Translations under genes and position numbers: made by a program
In this document: positions 10,219-22,210 of the stretch, in pieces
Layout of the letters: each line of letters starts with the position of its first letter
How positions within the stretch are numbered: the stretch's first letter is position 1
DNA from: an uncultured Rhodospirillaceae bacterium
GTDB taxonomy: Bacteria; Pseudomonadota; Alphaproteobacteria; Rhodospirillales; Magnetospirillaceae
Direction: 5' to 3'
DNA: 64,000 nt
Assembly: GCA_903941095.1 (NCBI GenBank)
Contig: CAJANN010000226.1
Coordinates: 374 to 64,373, forward strand
The notes under the pieces: model-generated
Told to the model about the DNA's origin: nothing
Seen by the model: the letters and a program-made list of their open reading frames with translations, nothing else
Database searches by the model: none

Positions 10219-11607
10219 TTAAATTTTCCGTAATGATCGGCAGAACGCGGCGAAACGGGGAGCCCACGGGCTGGCCCCGACGCTGCGCAGATGGGCATAG
10301 GTGGCCAGGATGTTGCGGACCACCAGTCCGTCACGGTTCTGTCCGATGCCGGCGCCGCGCACCACCTCGTAGGCGAAGGTGGGGTCGCCCTCCAGGTTTT
10401 CCAGGCGCGAATAGTGGAATTCGTGGGCCGGCACCACGGCCGGGCCGTCTTCCAGGCGCGGCCAGGGAAAGGCGGCGGTTTCGCGCAGGCGGACATAGCC
10501 GCGGCCCTGCGGGCGGGCGTGCATGACCGCGTCGCCGGGCAGCAGGCCGGCCATCTCGCGGCGTCTGCCCTCCCAGACGATGGCCCGCGACAGGTACATC
10601 AGGCCGCCGCATTCGGCATAGATCGGCAGGCCCGCTTCGCCCTTGCGGCGCAGGTCGGCGCGGAAGGCTTCGTTGGCTTCCAGGGCCTCGGCGGCGGTTT
10701 CCGGGAAGCCGCCGCCGATGAACAGCCCGTCCAGGCCGTCGGGCAGGCTTTGGTCGGTCAGCGCGTTCAGGAACACCAGTTCGGCCCCGCCGGCGCGCAG
10801 GGCGTCGAAATCGTCGGGATAATAAAAGCCGAAGGCGCTGTCTTGCAGCACGCCGATCTTCAGGTCGGCGGGCCGGGCCGGCGGCGGGTCGGCGCAGATC
10901 TCAAGGCCGGGAGCGGTGGCGGCCAGGGCAAGGACGGCATCCAGGTCGACCTGGGCGGCGACGCAGTCGCGCAGGGCGGCGATGGCCGCCTCGGCGGCGG
11001 CGGCCTCGTTGGCCGGGACCAGACCCAGATGGCGTTCCATGATCTCCATCGCCGCGGCGCGGTGGACGGCGCCCAGCACCGGAATGCCGGTATAGTGGGC
11101 CACCACCTCGCGCAGTTTGCGTTCGTGGCGCGGCCCGCCGACCTTGTTCAGGATGATTCCGGCGATGCGGATGGACGGGTCGAAGGCGCGGTAGCCCAGC
11201 AGCAGCGGGGCGATGCCGCGGGTCATGCCCGAGGTGTCGACCACCAGCACCACCGGGGCGTCCAGCCAGGCGGCCAGGCTGGCGCTGGAATTGGCCCCTT
11301 CCAGGTCGACGCCGTCGAACAGGCCCTTGTTGCCTTCGATCAGGCTGATGTCGGCGCCGCGGCCGAACCGCTCGACGCTTTGCCGGATCAGGGCCGGCGG
11401 CTGGGTGTGGAAGTCCAGGTTGCGGCAGCGGCGGCCGGTGGCGGCGCTCAGCCACAGCGGATCGATGTAATCCGGTCCCTTCTTGAACGGCTGCACCGCC
11501 AGCCCGCGGGCGGCCAGGGCGGCGGCCAGCCCGACGGTGACGGTGGTCTTGCCCGAGGATTTGTGGGCCGCCGAGATCAGCAGCCGGGGGGCGGGACGGG
11601 TGGTCAC
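10219..11607 (-). CDS. Cobyrinate a,c-diamide synthase family amidase (CobB/CbiA; DsrN-like)
   Basis: SAAHKSSGKTT, FKKGPDYIDP, IEGNKGLFDG, GGGFPE, YAECGGLMYL, HEFHYS. GTG start overlaps the upstream stop. Confidence 0.88.
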   Translation of the reverse strand: MTTRPAPRLLISAAHKSSGKTTVTVGLAAALAARGLAVQPFKKGPDYIDPLWLSAATGRRCRNLDFHTQPPALIRQSVERFGRGADISLIEGNKGLFDGVDLEGANSSASLAAWLDAPVVLVVDTSGMTRGIAPLLLGYRAFDPSIRIAGIILNKVGGPRHERKLREVVAHYTGIPVLGAVHRAAAMEIMERHLGLVPANEAAAAEAAIAALRDCVAAQVDLDAVLALAATAPGLEICADPPPARPADLKIGVLQDSAFGFYYPDDFDALRAGGAELVFLNALTDQSLPDGLDGLFIGGGFPETAAEALEANEAFRADLRRKGEAGLPIYAECGGLMYLSRAIVWEGRRREMAGLLPGDAVMHARPQGRGYVRLRETAAFPWPRLEDGPAVVPAHEFHYSRLENLEGDPTFAYEVVRGAGIGQNRDGLVVRNILATYAHLRSVGASPWAPRFAAFCRSLRKI

Positions 11608-12632
11608 GCCGCCCCCGGCACCCGGCTCCTGATGCGGTCGCGCCACAGGGCCTGGGCGGCCCCTTCGGCTTCGCCCACCGAGGCGGCCCGTCCGGAATGG
11701 CGCAAGACCACGGCGATGGTGCCGGCGATGGCGGCGGCAGCGGTCTCGTCGCCGTCCTCGCCGGTCCACAGGGCCTTGAGGCGGGCGAGATCCAACCCGT
11801 CTTCCTTGTCGCGGGTGCCGGAAATCAGCGCCGGCCATTCCTCGATTCCCGGCTGGCCATCGGCCAGGAAATGCACGGTGCAATCCTTTTCCGGCCGCCG
11901 TTCCGCCTCGCCGCCATCGCCCTTGAAGGCGGCGGCGAACCGCTCGCCCATCAGGCGCGAGCCTTCCTGGTGCACCGGCAGATAGGGCGGGTGGGTCACG
12001 CCGTTGATGGAAAAGGCCGCCCGGAACGGATTGACCATGCGGGCGACGGTGTGGATCGGCGACCGCAGCCCCAGCAATTGCCGCAGGGCCATCACCCGGT
12101 GCAGCCGCGGCGACAGGTGCTCCAGGGCCATATAGGCGAAATTCGACGCCTTCAGCTGGGCGCAGGCCTGTTCGAGGCTGGTGGCGGCGGGCACGCCCAG
12201 GGCGGCCAGCGCCTCGGACGAATAGACCCGGCCGGCGGTATGGTTCTCGGCGCCGTGCATGAACACCGAGATGCCGTGCTGGGCCAGGGCCAGCGCCGCC
12301 AGCAGGTAATAAGGCAGCTGCCGCGACTTGCCGGCATAGGACGCCCAGTCGACGTCCACCTTGGGGGCACCGGCCGGCAGGACGATGGAATCCTTGATGG
12401 CCAGGGCCAGCCCCGCCGCTTCCTCGGGCAGTTCGGTCTTGACCCGCAGCAGGCACAGGAAGGCCCCCAGCTGGGCGTCCTCGACCTTGTCCTCCATGAT
12501 CATGCGCATGGCGGCGCGGGCCTCGTCCAGGGTCAGCGGCCGCGACAGGTTCGGCCCCTTGCCGAGGATGCGGACATATTGGGCGAACGGATGTTCCTGC
12601 GGCGTAGCGCCGTGGGCACGCGGATGGGACAC
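11604..12632 (-). CDS. Glycosyltransferase family 3/YbiB-like (anthranilate phosphoribosyltransferase fold) protein
   Basis: ILGKG...LTLDEARAAM, AQLGAFLCLLRVK, DWASYAGKSRQLP, LLGLRSPIHT, FKGDGGEAE. Confidence 0.85.
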   Translation of the reverse strand: MSHPRAHGATPQEHPFAQYVRILGKGPNLSRPLTLDEARAAMRMIMEDKVEDAQLGAFLCLLRVKTELPEEAAGLALAIKDSIVLPAGAPKVDVDWASYAGKSRQLPYYLLAALALAQHGISVFMHGAENHTAGRVYSSEALAALGVPAATSLEQACAQLKASNFAYMALEHLSPRLHRVMALRQLLGLRSPIHTVARMVNPFRAAFSINGVTHPPYLPVHQEGSRLMGERFAAAFKGDGGEAERRPEKDCTVHFLADGQPGIEEWPALISGTRDKEDGLDLARLKALWTGEDGDETAAAAIAGTIAVVLRHSGRAASVGEAEGAAQALWRDRIRSRVPGAA

Positions 12633-12727
12633 GAAGCGGCTCCCTTGCTGGGCTGGGGTCGGCGAATACGTTTCAGTTTATCCTGATATGACCGGGGCAG
12701 GGCAAGCGGCTTGAGAAGCCGGACGGC

Positions 12728-12772
12728 TTGACCGCGCTGCTGCGGAGCGGTATAAAACTGAACCGTTCAGTT
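12728..12772 (+). promoter_or_regulatory. sigma70 promoter plus palindromic (TetR-type) operator of emrAB
   Basis: TTGACC-N17-TATAAA (12728-12756), followed by a perfect 8-1-8 palindrome AACTGAAC-C-GTTCAGTT (12756-12772). Confidence 0.75.
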
Positions 12773-12783
12773 CAGAGTTTGCC

Positions 12784-13806
12784 ATGAAAAAGCCCATCCT
12801 GCTCCTGCTGGCCGTCTTCACCCTGGTTGCGGCGGCCGCCACCGGCTGGCGCTGGTACAGCGACTGGCGCTTCGTCGAAAGCACCGACGACGCCTATGTC
12901 GAGGGCGACATCACCCATCTGGCCCCCAAGGTGGCCGGCCACATCGCCGAGGTGGCGGTGACCGACAACCAGCCGGTCAAGGCCGGCGACCTGCTGGTGC
13001 GGCTGGACGATCGCGACCAGCGCGCCCGGCTGGCCGACGCCGTGGCCCTGGTGGCGGCGCGTGCGGCTCAATTCGAGCAGCTGGACGACAAGGTCGCCGT
13101 ACAGCAGGCATTGCTGGTCCAGGCCGGAGCGGGCATTTCGGCGGCTCAGGCCGATCTGGTGCGCAGCCGCGCCGATCTGGAGCGCACCCGCACCCTGGTG
13201 CGCGACGATTATGTCAGCCGGCAGCGGTTCGACACCCAGGCAGCCGACGCCGCCAAGGCCGAGGCCGGCGTTCGCGGCACCAGCGCCCAGGCCAACGCCG
13301 CCCGCCGGCAGATCGCCGTGCTGGAAGCCGACAGGGCCGTCGCCCGTGCCCAGCTGGATCAGGCCCGCGCCCAGCAATCCCTGGCGGAAAGCGACGTGGA
13401 CGCCACCCTGATCCGCGCCCCGGTGGACGGGGTGATCGGCAACCGGGTGGCGCGGGCCGGCATGTATGTCCGCCCCGGCCAGCACCTGCTGTCGGTGGTG
13501 CCGCTGGGGTCGGTGTGGGTCGACGCCAATTTCAAGGAAACCCAACTGGGCCGCCTGCGCCCCGGCCTGGCGGCAGAAATCAGCGTCGATGCCTTTGCCG
13601 GCGCCGTGATCACCGGGCATATCACCGGCTTCTCGCCGGCATCGGGGGCGCGCTTCAGCCTGCTGCCGCCGGAAAACGCCACCGGCAACTTCACCAAGGT
13701 GGTGCAGCGGGTGCCGGTGCGCATCGCCCTGCCGGCCGGCCACCCCCTGTCCGGTCGCCTGCTGCCCGGCCTGTCGGTGGTGGTCCGGGTGCGGACGGCG
13801 CCATGA
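12784..13806 (+). CDS. emrA: HlyD-family membrane fusion protein EmrA
   Basis: STDDAYV, IRAPVDG, VDANFKETQL, LPPENATGNFTKVVQRVPVRI. Confidence 0.93.
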   Translation: MKKPILLLLAVFTLVAAAATGWRWYSDWRFVESTDDAYVEGDITHLAPKVAGHIAEVAVTDNQPVKAGDLLVRLDDRDQRARLADAVALVAARAAQFEQLDDKVAVQQALLVQAGAGISAAQADLVRSRADLERTRTLVRDDYVSRQRFDTQAADAAKAEAGVRGTSAQANAARRQIAVLEADRAVARAQLDQARAQQSLAESDVDATLIRAPVDGVIGNRVARAGMYVRPGQHLLSVVPLGSVWVDANFKETQLGRLRPGLAAEISVDAFAGAVITGHITGFSPASGARFSLLPPENATGNFTKVVQRVPVRIALPAGHPLSGRLLPGLSVVVRVRTAP

Positions 13807-15383
13807 GCGCCGCCGATCCCCGCCTGTCGGTCCGCCCCGAGGACCGGGTGGTGTCGGCGCGCGACTGGATCGGGTTCATGTCGATGGTGCTGGGCATGTT
13901 CATGGCGATCCTGGACATCCAGATCGTCGCCAGCTCGATGTCGCAGATCCAGGCCGGGCTGTCGGCCTCGGCCGACGAGATCAGCTGGGTCCAGACCGCC
14001 TATCTGATCGCCGAGGTGGTGATGATCCCGCTGTCGGGATGGATGGCCAAGGTCTTTTCCACCCGCTGGCTGTTCCTGGTCAGCTGTCTGACCTTCACCC
14101 TTGCGTCCGTCGCCTGCGCCGTGGCGTGGAGCATCGAATCGATGATCGTCTTCCGCGCCATCCAGGGCTTTCTGGGCGGCGCGATGATCCCCACGGTGTT
14201 CGCCACCTCGTACATGATGTTTCCGCCCAGCCGGCAGGCCGGAGTGTCGGTGCTGATCGGCCTGGTGGCGACGATGGCTCCGACCCTGGGGCCGACCCTG
14301 GGCGGCTGGCTGACCGAAACCTGGAGCTGGCACTGGCTGTTCCTGGTCAATGTCGTGCCCGGCCTGCTGGTCGCCGCCCTGGTGGGGGTGTTCGTGCGGG
14401 TCGACCGGCCGCGGCTGGAGATGCTGAAGGGCTTCGACCTGGCCGGGATCGTCCTGGTGGCGGCCTTCCTGGGATCGCTGCAATATATCCTCGAGGAAGG
14501 CCCGGGCGACGACTGGTTCGCCGAACCCAAGATCGTCGTGCTGTCGGGTCTGTGCGCGGTGGCCGGGCTGGGCTTTCTGTGGCGGGAACTGGCAGCCGAG
14601 CATCCGGTGGTGGATCTCAGGGCGTTTTCCGACCGCAATTTCACCGTGGGGTGCCTTTACAGTTTCATCATCGGCATCGGGCTGTACGGGTCGGTCTATG
14701 TGGTGCCGCTGTTCCTGGGGCGGGTGCGCGGCTTCTCGGCGCTGGAAATCGGCCTGACCATGATGGTGACGGGCGCCTTTCAGTTCCTGTCGGCGCCGCT
14801 GGCCGGCAATCTGGCCCGGCACATGGACCTGCGGGTCATGCTGGGGATCGGGCTGGCCCTGTTCGGTGCCGGCCTGTGGCTGAACCACGCGCTGACCAGC
14901 CAATGGGGCTATTGGGAAATGGTCCTGCCCCAGGCGGTGCGCGGCCTGTCGCTGATGTTCTGTTTCGTGCCCATCAACGCGGTGGCGCTGGGGCACCTGC
15001 CGGCAGTGGCGGTGCAGAACGCCTCGGGCCTTTACAACCTGATGCGCAACCTGGGCGGCGCCATCGGTCTGGCGGCCATCACCACCGCGCTGGGCGACCG
15101 CTCGGACCTGCATTTCCTGCGTCTGTCGGAGCGGCTGACCCCGGACAATCTGGAAGCCGTCACCCGGCTGTCCGGCCTGTCGGAACGCATGGCCGCCCTG
15201 ATCCCCGGCGACCCCGACATGGCGGCGCTGAAGGTGCTGCAGTCCATCACCCACCAGCAGGCGCTGACGATGGCCTTCGACGACGTGCTGATGGGGATGA
15301 GCCTGGTGTTCGTCGCCGGCCTGCTGCTGATGCCGCTGGTCCACAAGGTCGGACATCCTTCGGCGGATTCCAGCGGGCACTGA
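13803..15383 (+). CDS. emrB: DHA2-family MFS efflux permease EmrB
   Basis: FMAILDIQIVASS, WVQTAYLIAE, APTLGPTLGGWL; 14-TM pattern. Confidence 0.93.
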   Translation: MSAADPRLSVRPEDRVVSARDWIGFMSMVLGMFMAILDIQIVASSMSQIQAGLSASADEISWVQTAYLIAEVVMIPLSGWMAKVFSTRWLFLVSCLTFTLASVACAVAWSIESMIVFRAIQGFLGGAMIPTVFATSYMMFPPSRQAGVSVLIGLVATMAPTLGPTLGGWLTETWSWHWLFLVNVVPGLLVAALVGVFVRVDRPRLEMLKGFDLAGIVLVAAFLGSLQYILEEGPGDDWFAEPKIVVLSGLCAVAGLGFLWRELAAEHPVVDLRAFSDRNFTVGCLYSFIIGIGLYGSVYVVPLFLGRVRGFSALEIGLTMMVTGAFQFLSAPLAGNLARHMDLRVMLGIGLALFGAGLWLNHALTSQWGYWEMVLPQAVRGLSLMFCFVPINAVALGHLPAVAVQNASGLYNLMRNLGGAIGLAAITTALGDRSDLHFLRLSERLTPDNLEAVTRLSGLSERMAALIPGDPDMAALKVLQSITHQQALTMAFDDVLMGMSLVFVAGLLLMPLVHKVGHPSADSSGH

Positions 15384-15397
15384 CGCCCTTTCGGATC

Positions 15398-15425
15398 TGG
15401 TGGGGATTGCGGGACTTGAACCCGC
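15398..15425 (-). repeat. Duplicated 3' end of tRNA-Leu
   Basis: tggtggggattgcgggacttgaacccgc matches the tRNA 3' end (15480-15507) at 26/28 positions. Confidence 0.85.
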
Positions 15426-15479
15426 CCGCATGCGGAGCATGCTTGTCGGAGCATCCGCCTTGCGGGTTCGTCTGAAAAT

Positions 15480-15563
15480 TGGTGGGGACGGCGGGACTTG
15501 AACCCGCAAGGCCGAAGCCGGGCGATTTTAAGTCGCCGGTGTTTACCGTTTCACCACGTCCCC
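15480..15563 (-). tRNA. tRNA-Leu(TAA)
   Basis: GGGGACGTGGTGAAACGGTAAACACCGGCGACT-TAA-AATCGCC...GGGTTCAAGTCCCGCCGTCCCCACCA. Confidence 0.96.
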
Positions 15564-15679
15564 CATATCGGCCATTCTTCATTCGTACGCTACGCTGTCA
15601 ATGGCTATGCGGGGCTTGATCTCGGATTAAAAAAACGTATGCTCGTTTAAATTCCGTGTTTCAGGGTTGGGAGTGGTCG

Positions 15680-16849
15680 ATGAGCGCCTTCAATGCCAGC
15701 ATGAACTTCGATCTGGGCGAGACTGCCGACATGATGCGCGATCAGGTCGCGGCCTTCGCCGCCGCCGAGATCGCGCCGCGTGCCGCCGACATCGACAGGA
15801 CCAACGAGTTTCCCGACGACCTGTGGCGCAAATTCGGCGACATGGGCCTGCTGGGCATCACCGCCGAGGAGGAATATGGCGGCGCCGGCATGGGCTATCT
15901 GGAACATGTCGTGGCGATGGAGGAAATTTCCCGCGCCTCGGCTTCGGTCGGCCTGTCCTACGGGGCGCATTCCAACCTGTGCGTCAACCAGATCCGCCGC
16001 AACGGCAATGCCGAGCAGAAGCGGAAATACCTGCCCAAGCTGATCTCGGGCGAGCATGTCGGCGCCCTGGCCATGAGCGAGCCCAACGCCGGCTCCGACG
16101 TGGTGTCGATGAAATTGCGGGCCGAGAAGAAGGGCGACCGCTATGTCCTGAACGGCACCAAGATGTGGATCACCAACGGCCCCGACGCCGATACCCTGGT
16201 GGTCTACGCCAAGACCGATCCCGCCGCCGGGCCGAAGGGCATCACCACCTTCATCATCGAGAAGGGGTTCAAGGGGTTTTCGGTGGCGCAGAAGCTGGAC
16301 AAGCTGGGCATGCGCGGCTCCAACACCGGCGAACTGGTGTTCCAGGACTGCGAGGTGCCGGAGGAAAACATCCTGGGCGCCGTCGGCAAGGGCGTCAACG
16401 TGCTGATGAGCGGCCTGGATTACGAGCGCGCCGTGCTGGCCGCCGGGCCGCTGGGCATCATGCGCGCCTGCATGGACGTGGTGGTGCCCTACATCCACGA
16501 ACGCGTCCAGTTCGGCCAGCCCATCGGCGCCTTCCAGCTGATGCAGGGCAAGATCGCCGACATGTACACCACCATGAACGCCTGCCGGGCTTACGCCTAT
16601 GCCGTGGCCCGCGCCTGCGACCGTGGCGAGACCTCGCGCAAGGATGCCGCCGGCGTCATCCTGTACTGCGCCGAGAAGGCCACCTGGATGGCGCTGGAGG
16701 CGATCCAGACCCTGGGCGGCAACGGCTATATCAACGAATTCCCGACCGGACGCCTGCTGCGCGACGCCAAGCTGTACGAGATCGGCGCCGGCACCAGCGA
16801 AATCCGCCGCATGCTGATCGGCCGCGAACTGTTCGAAGAGACCAAATAG
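15680..16849 (+). CDS. liuA: Isovaleryl-CoA dehydrogenase
   Basis: [47 protein letters not shown]. Confidence 0.95.
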   Translation: MSAFNASMNFDLGETADMMRDQVAAFAAAEIAPRAADIDRTNEFPDDLWRKFGDMGLLGITAEEEYGGAGMGYLEHVVAMEEISRASASVGLSYGAHSNLCVNQIRRNGNAEQKRKYLPKLISGEHVGALAMSEPNAGSDVVSMKLRAEKKGDRYVLNGTKMWITNGPDADTLVVYAKTDPAAGPKGITTFIIEKGFKGFSVAQKLDKLGMRGSNTGELVFQDCEVPEENILGAVGKGVNVLMSGLDYERAVLAAGPLGIMRACMDVVVPYIHERVQFGQPIGAFQLMQGKIADMYTTMNACRAYAYAVARACDRGETSRKDAAGVILYCAEKATWMALEAIQTLGGNGYINEFPTGRLLRDAKLYEIGAGTSEIRRMLIGRELFEETK

Positions 16850-16851
16850 CC

Positions 16852-18459
<1,608 letters not shown>

Positions 18460-18463
18460 TGCC

Positions 18464-19249
18464 ATGAGCGGATCGCTGCTGACCGCCACCCGCGACCGGG
18501 TGCGCTTCATCACCCTGAACCGGCCCGAGCGCCATAACGCCTTCGACGATTCCCTGATCGCCGAGCTGACCTGCGCCTTCCAGGACGCCGCCGCCGATCC
18601 GGCCGTGCGGGTGGTGGTGCTGGACTCGGTGGGGAAAAGCTTTTCCGCCGGGGCCGATCTCGACTGGATGCGGCGCATGGCCGGCTATGACCACCAGCGC
18701 AACCTGGCCGACGCCCGCGCCCTGGCCGATCTGATGCGGACCATCGAATCCTGCCCCAAGCCGACCATCGCCGTGGTGCAGGGGGCCGCCTATGGCGGCG
18801 GCGTCGGGCTGGTGGCCTGCTGCGACATGGCCGTCGCGTCCGGCCACGCCCTGTTCTGCCTGTCCGAGGTCAAGCTGGGCATCATTCCGGCGGTGATCAG
18901 CCCCTATGTGGTGCGGGCTATCGGCGGGCGGGCGGCCCGGCGCTATTTCCAGACCGCCGAAACCTTCACCGCGTCCAAGGCGGCCGAACTGGGACTGGTG
19001 TCCGAGGTGGCCCCCGCCGACGGACTGATCGAACAGCGCGACCGCTGGATCGCCCAATTGCTGGTCAACGGTCCGCAGGCGATGGCGGCGGCCAAGGATC
19101 TGGCGGTCCAGGCCGCCGAACGGCCGCTGGACGATTCCTTGCGGGGCTGGACAGCCGAACGCATCGCCAGCCTGCGCGCCTCGGACGAGGGCCGCGAAGG
19201 CATCGCCGCCTTTCTGGAACGGCGCAAACCATCCTGGATCGAGGGCTAG
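18464..19249 (+). CDS. liuC: Methylglutaconyl-CoA hydratase (crotonase family)
   Basis: LNRPERHNAFD, FSAGADL, YGGGVGL, LSEVKLGIIPA; operon position. Confidence 0.9.
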   Translation: MSGSLLTATRDRVRFITLNRPERHNAFDDSLIAELTCAFQDAAADPAVRVVVLDSVGKSFSAGADLDWMRRMAGYDHQRNLADARALADLMRTIESCPKPTIAVVQGAAYGGGVGLVACCDMAVASGHALFCLSEVKLGIIPAVISPYVVRAIGGRAARRYFQTAETFTASKAAELGLVSEVAPADGLIEQRDRWIAQLLVNGPQAMAAAKDLAVQAAERPLDDSLRGWTAERIASLRASDEGREGIAAFLERRKPSWIEG

Positions 19250-19253
19250 CCGG

Positions 19254-21260
19254 ATGTTCGACAAAATCCTGATCGCCAATCGCGGCGAAATCGCCTGCCG
19301 GGTCATCCGCACCGCCAGGCGCCTGGGCATCCGCACCGTCGCGGTTTATTCCGAGGCCGACACGAATGCCCTGCATGTGCAGTTGGCCGACGAGGCGCAT
19401 CTGATCGGTCCGGCTCCGGCCGCCGAATCCTATCTGCTGGGGTCCCGCATCATCGAGGCGGCGCGGGCGTCCGGGGCCGGAGCCATTCATCCCGGCTACG
19501 GCTTCCTGTCGGAAAACGCCGCCTTCGCCGAAGCCTGCGCCGCAGCCGGCATCACCTTCATCGGCCCCAAGCCGGCCGCCATCCGGGCGATGGGGTCCAA
19601 GGCGGAATCCAAGCGGCTGATGGAGGCGGCGGGCGTCCCCCTGGTTCCCGGCTATCACGGCGCCGGGCAGGATGACGCGGCGCTGGTCCAGGCGGCCCAG
19701 GCCATCGGCTTTCCGGTGCTGGTCAAGGCGTCGGCCGGCGGTGGCGGCAAGGGCATGCGGGTGGTGCGCGAAGCGGCCGAGCTGGACGGCGCCATCGCCG
19801 GTGCCCGGCGCGAGGCCAAGGCGGCGTTCGGTGACGATTCGCTGCTGCTGGAACGCTATCTCGACCATCCCCGCCACGTCGAGATCCAGGTGTTCTGCGA
19901 CCGTCTGGGCAACGGCGTCTATCTGTTCGAGCGCGATTGCAGCCTGCAGCGCCGCCATCAGAAGGTGATCGAGGAAGCCCCGGCCCCGCTGCTGCCCGAC
20001 GAAATCCGCCGGGCGATGGGCGAGGCGGCGGTGGCGGCGGCCAAGGCGGTCGATTATGAGGGGGCCGGCACCGTCGAGTTCCTGTTCCAGGACGGCCGCT
20101 TCTATTTCATCGAGATGAACACCCGCCTGCAGGTCGAACATCCCGTCACCGAAATGATTTCCGGCCAGGATCTGGTGGAATGGCAACTGGCGGTGGCCGC
20201 CGGCCGGCCGCTGCCGCTGGGCCAGCACGAGCTGGTGCGCAACGGCCACGCCTTCGAGGCCCGTCTTTACGCCGAGGATGCCGGCCGGGATTTCCTGCCG
20301 GCCACCGGCCGTCTGGTGCATTTCCGGCCTCCGGCCGCGACCCGGCACGTCCGCGTCGATACCGGGGTGCAGGAAGGCGACGAGGTCAGCGCCTTCTACG
20401 ATCCGATGATCGCCAAGCTGATCGTCTGGGGCGAGGAGCGCGATTGCGCTCTGCGGCACCTGCGCCGCGCCCTGGCCGACACCGAGGTGGCCGGCCTGAC
20501 CACCAATGTGGGATTTCTGGCGGCCATCGCCGGCCATCCGGCCTTTGCCGCCTTCGAGGTCGACACCGGCTTCATCGACCGTCACCGGGCCACGTTGCTG
20601 CCGCCGCCCCAGACGGTTCCCGATGCGGCGCTGGCCTTCGCCGCCGCCGCCCTGCTGCTGGAACGGGAAGACAACGCGGCGCGGGCGGCGGCACGGTCCG
20701 GCGATCCCCATTCGCCGTGGCACCATACCGGCGGCTGGCGCCTGAACGACGACAACCATCACGACTTCCGCCTGATGGATGGCGATGTGCAACGGCTGGC
20801 GACCGTTCATTTCCGGGCCGAGGGCTGGGACATGGATCTGCCGTCCGGCTCGCTGCGGGTCCGCGGCGCGGTCCGCGACGGCCGGCGCATCACCGCCGAA
20901 GTGGGCGGCGAACGGCGGTCGGCCTCGGTGGTGGTGCAGGGGCTGGATATCGCCGTGCTGCTGGACGGTGCCAGCTGGCGGCTGAAGCTGGACGATCCTT
21001 CGGCCAAGGCCGCCGACCAGGATGGCGGCGGCGGCTCGCTGACGGCGCCGATGACCGGCCGGGTGGTGCAGGTGCTGGTGGCCGCCGGCGACCATGTCGA
21101 ACGCGGCCGGGCGCTGCTGGTGGTCGAGGCCATGAAGATGGAGCACACCATCGCCGCTCCCGCCGACGGCACGGTGGTCGAGGTGTTGTACGCCGTCGGC
21201 GATCAGGTGGCCGACAGTGCCGAGCTGCTGGTCTTCCAGGCGGACGAGGTCAAGGCATGA
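19254..21260 (+). CDS. liuD: Methylcrotonyl-CoA carboxylase alpha (biotin carboxylase + BCCP)
   Basis: [35 protein letters not shown] biotinyl site. Confidence 0.95.
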   Translation: MFDKILIANRGEIACRVIRTARRLGIRTVAVYSEADTNALHVQLADEAHLIGPAPAAESYLLGSRIIEAARASGAGAIHPGYGFLSENAAFAEACAAAGITFIGPKPAAIRAMGSKAESKRLMEAAGVPLVPGYHGAGQDDAALVQAAQAIGFPVLVKASAGGGGKGMRVVREAAELDGAIAGARREAKAAFGDDSLLLERYLDHPRHVEIQVFCDRLGNGVYLFERDCSLQRRHQKVIEEAPAPLLPDEIRRAMGEAAVAAAKAVDYEGAGTVEFLFQDGRFYFIEMNTRLQVEHPVTEMISGQDLVEWQLAVAAGRPLPLGQHELVRNGHAFEARLYAEDAGRDFLPATGRLVHFRPPAATRHVRVDTGVQEGDEVSAFYDPMIAKLIVWGEERDCALRHLRRALADTEVAGLTTNVGFLAAIAGHPAFAAFEVDTGFIDRHRATLLPPPQTVPDAALAFAAAALLLEREDNAARAAARSGDPHSPWHHTGGWRLNDDNHHDFRLMDGDVQRLATVHFRAEGWDMDLPSGSLRVRGAVRDGRRITAEVGGERRSASVVVQGLDIAVLLDGASWRLKLDDPSAKAADQDGGGGSLTAPMTGRVVQVLVAAGDHVERGRALLVVEAMKMEHTIAAPADGTVVEVLYAVGDQVADSAELLVFQADEVKA

Positions 21261-22156
21261 CCCTGCCCGCCAGCGTCCGCATCGTCGAGGTCGGCCCCCG
21301 CGACGGCCTGCAGAACGAATCGCGGCCCGTGCCGCTGGCGGTCAAGGTCGCCCTGGTCGACGCCCTGTCCGAGGCCGGTCTACCCGCCGTCGAGGCCGGC
21401 AGCTTCGTCTCGCCCAAATGGGTGCCGCAAATGGCCGACTCGGCGGCGGTGATGGCGGCCATCCGCCGCTATCCCGGCACCGACTATCCGGTTCTGGTGC
21501 CCAATCTGCAGGGGCTGGAGCAGGCCCTGGCGGCGGAGGCGCGGGAAATCGCCGTCTTCGCCGCGGCGTCGGAAAGCTTCTCACGCAGGAACATCAACTG
21601 TTCCATCGCCGACAGTCTGGACAGGTTCGCCCCGGTGGTCGACAAGGCGCGGGCCGCCGGCCTGCGGGTGCGCGGCTATGTGTCCTGCGTGCTGGGCTGT
21701 CCCTACGAAGGGGACGTCGCCCCGGCGGCGGTGGCCGAAGTGGCGGCGCGGCTGACGGCGATGGGCTGTTACGAGATTTCGCTGGGCGACACCATCGGCA
21801 CCGGCACGCCGGGCAAGGCCCAGTCGCTGGTCGACGCGGTGGCGGCCCGGGTGCCGGTCGAACGGCTGGCGGCGCATTTCCACGACACCTACGGCCAGGC
21901 CCTGGCCAATATCTTCGCCGTCCTGGAAAAAGGCGTGGCCGTGGTGGATGCCTCGGTGGCCGGCCTGGGCGGCTGTCCCTATGCCCGGGGGGCATCGGGC
22001 AACGTCGCCACCGAAGACGTGGTCTACATGCTGAACGGCCTGGGCATCCGCACCGGAATCGACCTGGACCGTCTGGCCGCCGCCGGCGCGGCCATCTGCC
22101 GGGCGCTGGACCGCCCTTCCGGGTCCAAGGTGGCCCGGGCGCTGTCGGCCCGGTAG
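21257..22156 (+). CDS. liuE: Hydroxymethylglutaryl-CoA lyase
   Basis: [31 protein letters not shown]. Confidence 0.96.
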   Translation: MTLPASVRIVEVGPRDGLQNESRPVPLAVKVALVDALSEAGLPAVEAGSFVSPKWVPQMADSAAVMAAIRRYPGTDYPVLVPNLQGLEQALAAEAREIAVFAAASESFSRRNINCSIADSLDRFAPVVDKARAAGLRVRGYVSCVLGCPYEGDVAPAAVAEVAARLTAMGCYEISLGDTIGTGTPGKAQSLVDAVAARVPVERLAAHFHDTYGQALANIFAVLEKGVAVVDASVAGLGGCPYARGASGNVATEDVVYMLNGLGIRTGIDLDRLAAAGAAICRALDRPSGSKVARALSAR

Positions 22157-22210
22157 AAGAAACCGGCCCCGGCGGCCCCGGCCCCGCCCCGGCCCCAGAC
22201 CATCGCGTTT

